Shown here: positions 63,445-64,000 of the stretch, piece by piece
How the letters are laid out: each line of letters begins with the position of its first letter
Numbering within the stretch: position 1 is the first letter of the stretch
DNA from: Escherichia phage vB_EcoM_NBG1
Strand: one strand, 5' to 3'
Sequence record: MH243438.1
Length of the DNA stretch: 64,000 nt
Made by a program: the position numbers and the translations under genes
The notes under the pieces: model-generated
Databases searched by the model: none
What the model saw: the letters and a program-made list of their open reading frames with translations, nothing else
Told to the model about the DNA's origin: nothing

Positions 63445-64000
63445 TATAAACCTGTCTGGGACCACGGTCCAAATACGTCTTCAAACGAATCCGCTTCTGT
63501 TTTATCAAAACGGAACCCTTTAATAATTGGAAGGAAAATACCTACAGTACCTTCACGGCCTTTAGAATGAACCCAACCATTACATTCACAATCAGCGATA
63601 CGTCCAATTAATTTACCTTCACGAGCTTCGGTCATTAATCGTTCACGGTCTAAATCATGACGCTCGTCTAAAGGAATAAGAACCTTTACACCGTCAACTG
63701 TTTTATGAGTTGTATCTTTAAAACCTGACCCACAATCGGTTGTAATACGACGACAACGTGATACGAGTTCGACACCACCTAATTTGTTAGGGTCTTTAGA
63801 GTGTTCATAGTATCCTACAACTTCTAAAGCGATATCAATAACTTCTTTAAATTTAATTAGGTTCTTAGAGCGTTTGTTTTCCCAATATGAATCACGGTTT
63901 TTAAGAATAATACCTTCAAGACCTTGGTCAACATATTTTTTATAAACCACTTTAGCTTCGTCAAGATTACGAACTAACTGATTTTCAATTGGCTCAATTC
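63444..64000 (-). CDS. 30: ATP-dependent DNA ligase, C-terminal part (5' end beyond window)
   Basis: Frame stays open to the window edge; the track start is an internal GTG; position after alt as in T4. Confidence 0.75.
   Translation of the reverse strand, partial: IEPIENQLVRNLDEAKVVYKKYVDQGLEGIILKNRDSYWENKRSKNLIKFKEVIDIALEVVGYYEHSKDPNKLGGVELVSRCRRITTDCGSGFKDTTHKTVDGVKVLIPLDERHDLDRERLMTEAREGKLIGRIADCECNGWVHSKGREGTVGIFLPIIKGFRFDKTEADSFEDVFGPWSQTGL

Overview
This window is a 64 kb segment of a T4-like (T-even, Tequatrovirus-type) myophage genome. Positions 1-16037 are a minus-strand early region: internal-protein-like genes, denV, lysozyme e, nudE, a roughly 10 kb block of small accessory ORFs, two tRNAs, 57B (Acb1), 57A, and genes 1, 3, 2 and 4. 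From 16099 onward is the late morphogenesis region in canonical T4 order: baseplate 53-5-5.1-5.4-6-7-8-9-10-11-12, wac, neck 13-14, 15, terminase 16-17, sheath 18, tube 19, portal 20, prohead core 67-68-21-22, major capsid 23 and vertex 24. This is followed by rnlB, hoc, inh, a segE-like GIY-YIG endonuclease, uvsW, uvsY, baseplate hub 25-26-51-27-28-29-48-54, alt, and the 3' end of DNA ligase 30. Core genes were assigned by recalled similarity to T4 proteins plus synteny; no database search was run. The accessory block (about 2817-12520) is the most novel part: at least 13 copies of a repeated early-promoter/stem-loop cassette drive small ORFs of unknown function. Candidates worth testing there include a putative nucleotidyltransferase-fold protein, a putative Fe(II)/2OG-dioxygenase-like protein, a tandem triad of small paralogs, several proteins sharing a C-terminal FI(K/T/M)ECR tail, a PspA-like coiled-coil protein, and five genes with T4 internal-protein capsid-targeting N-termini. 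None of these functional guesses could be confirmed from sequence alone. Regulatory coordinates are hand-counted and may be off by 1-2 nt; the ORF track treats GTG/TTG as M, so several starts were moved to an internal ATG with a Shine-Dalgarno (SD) sequence.
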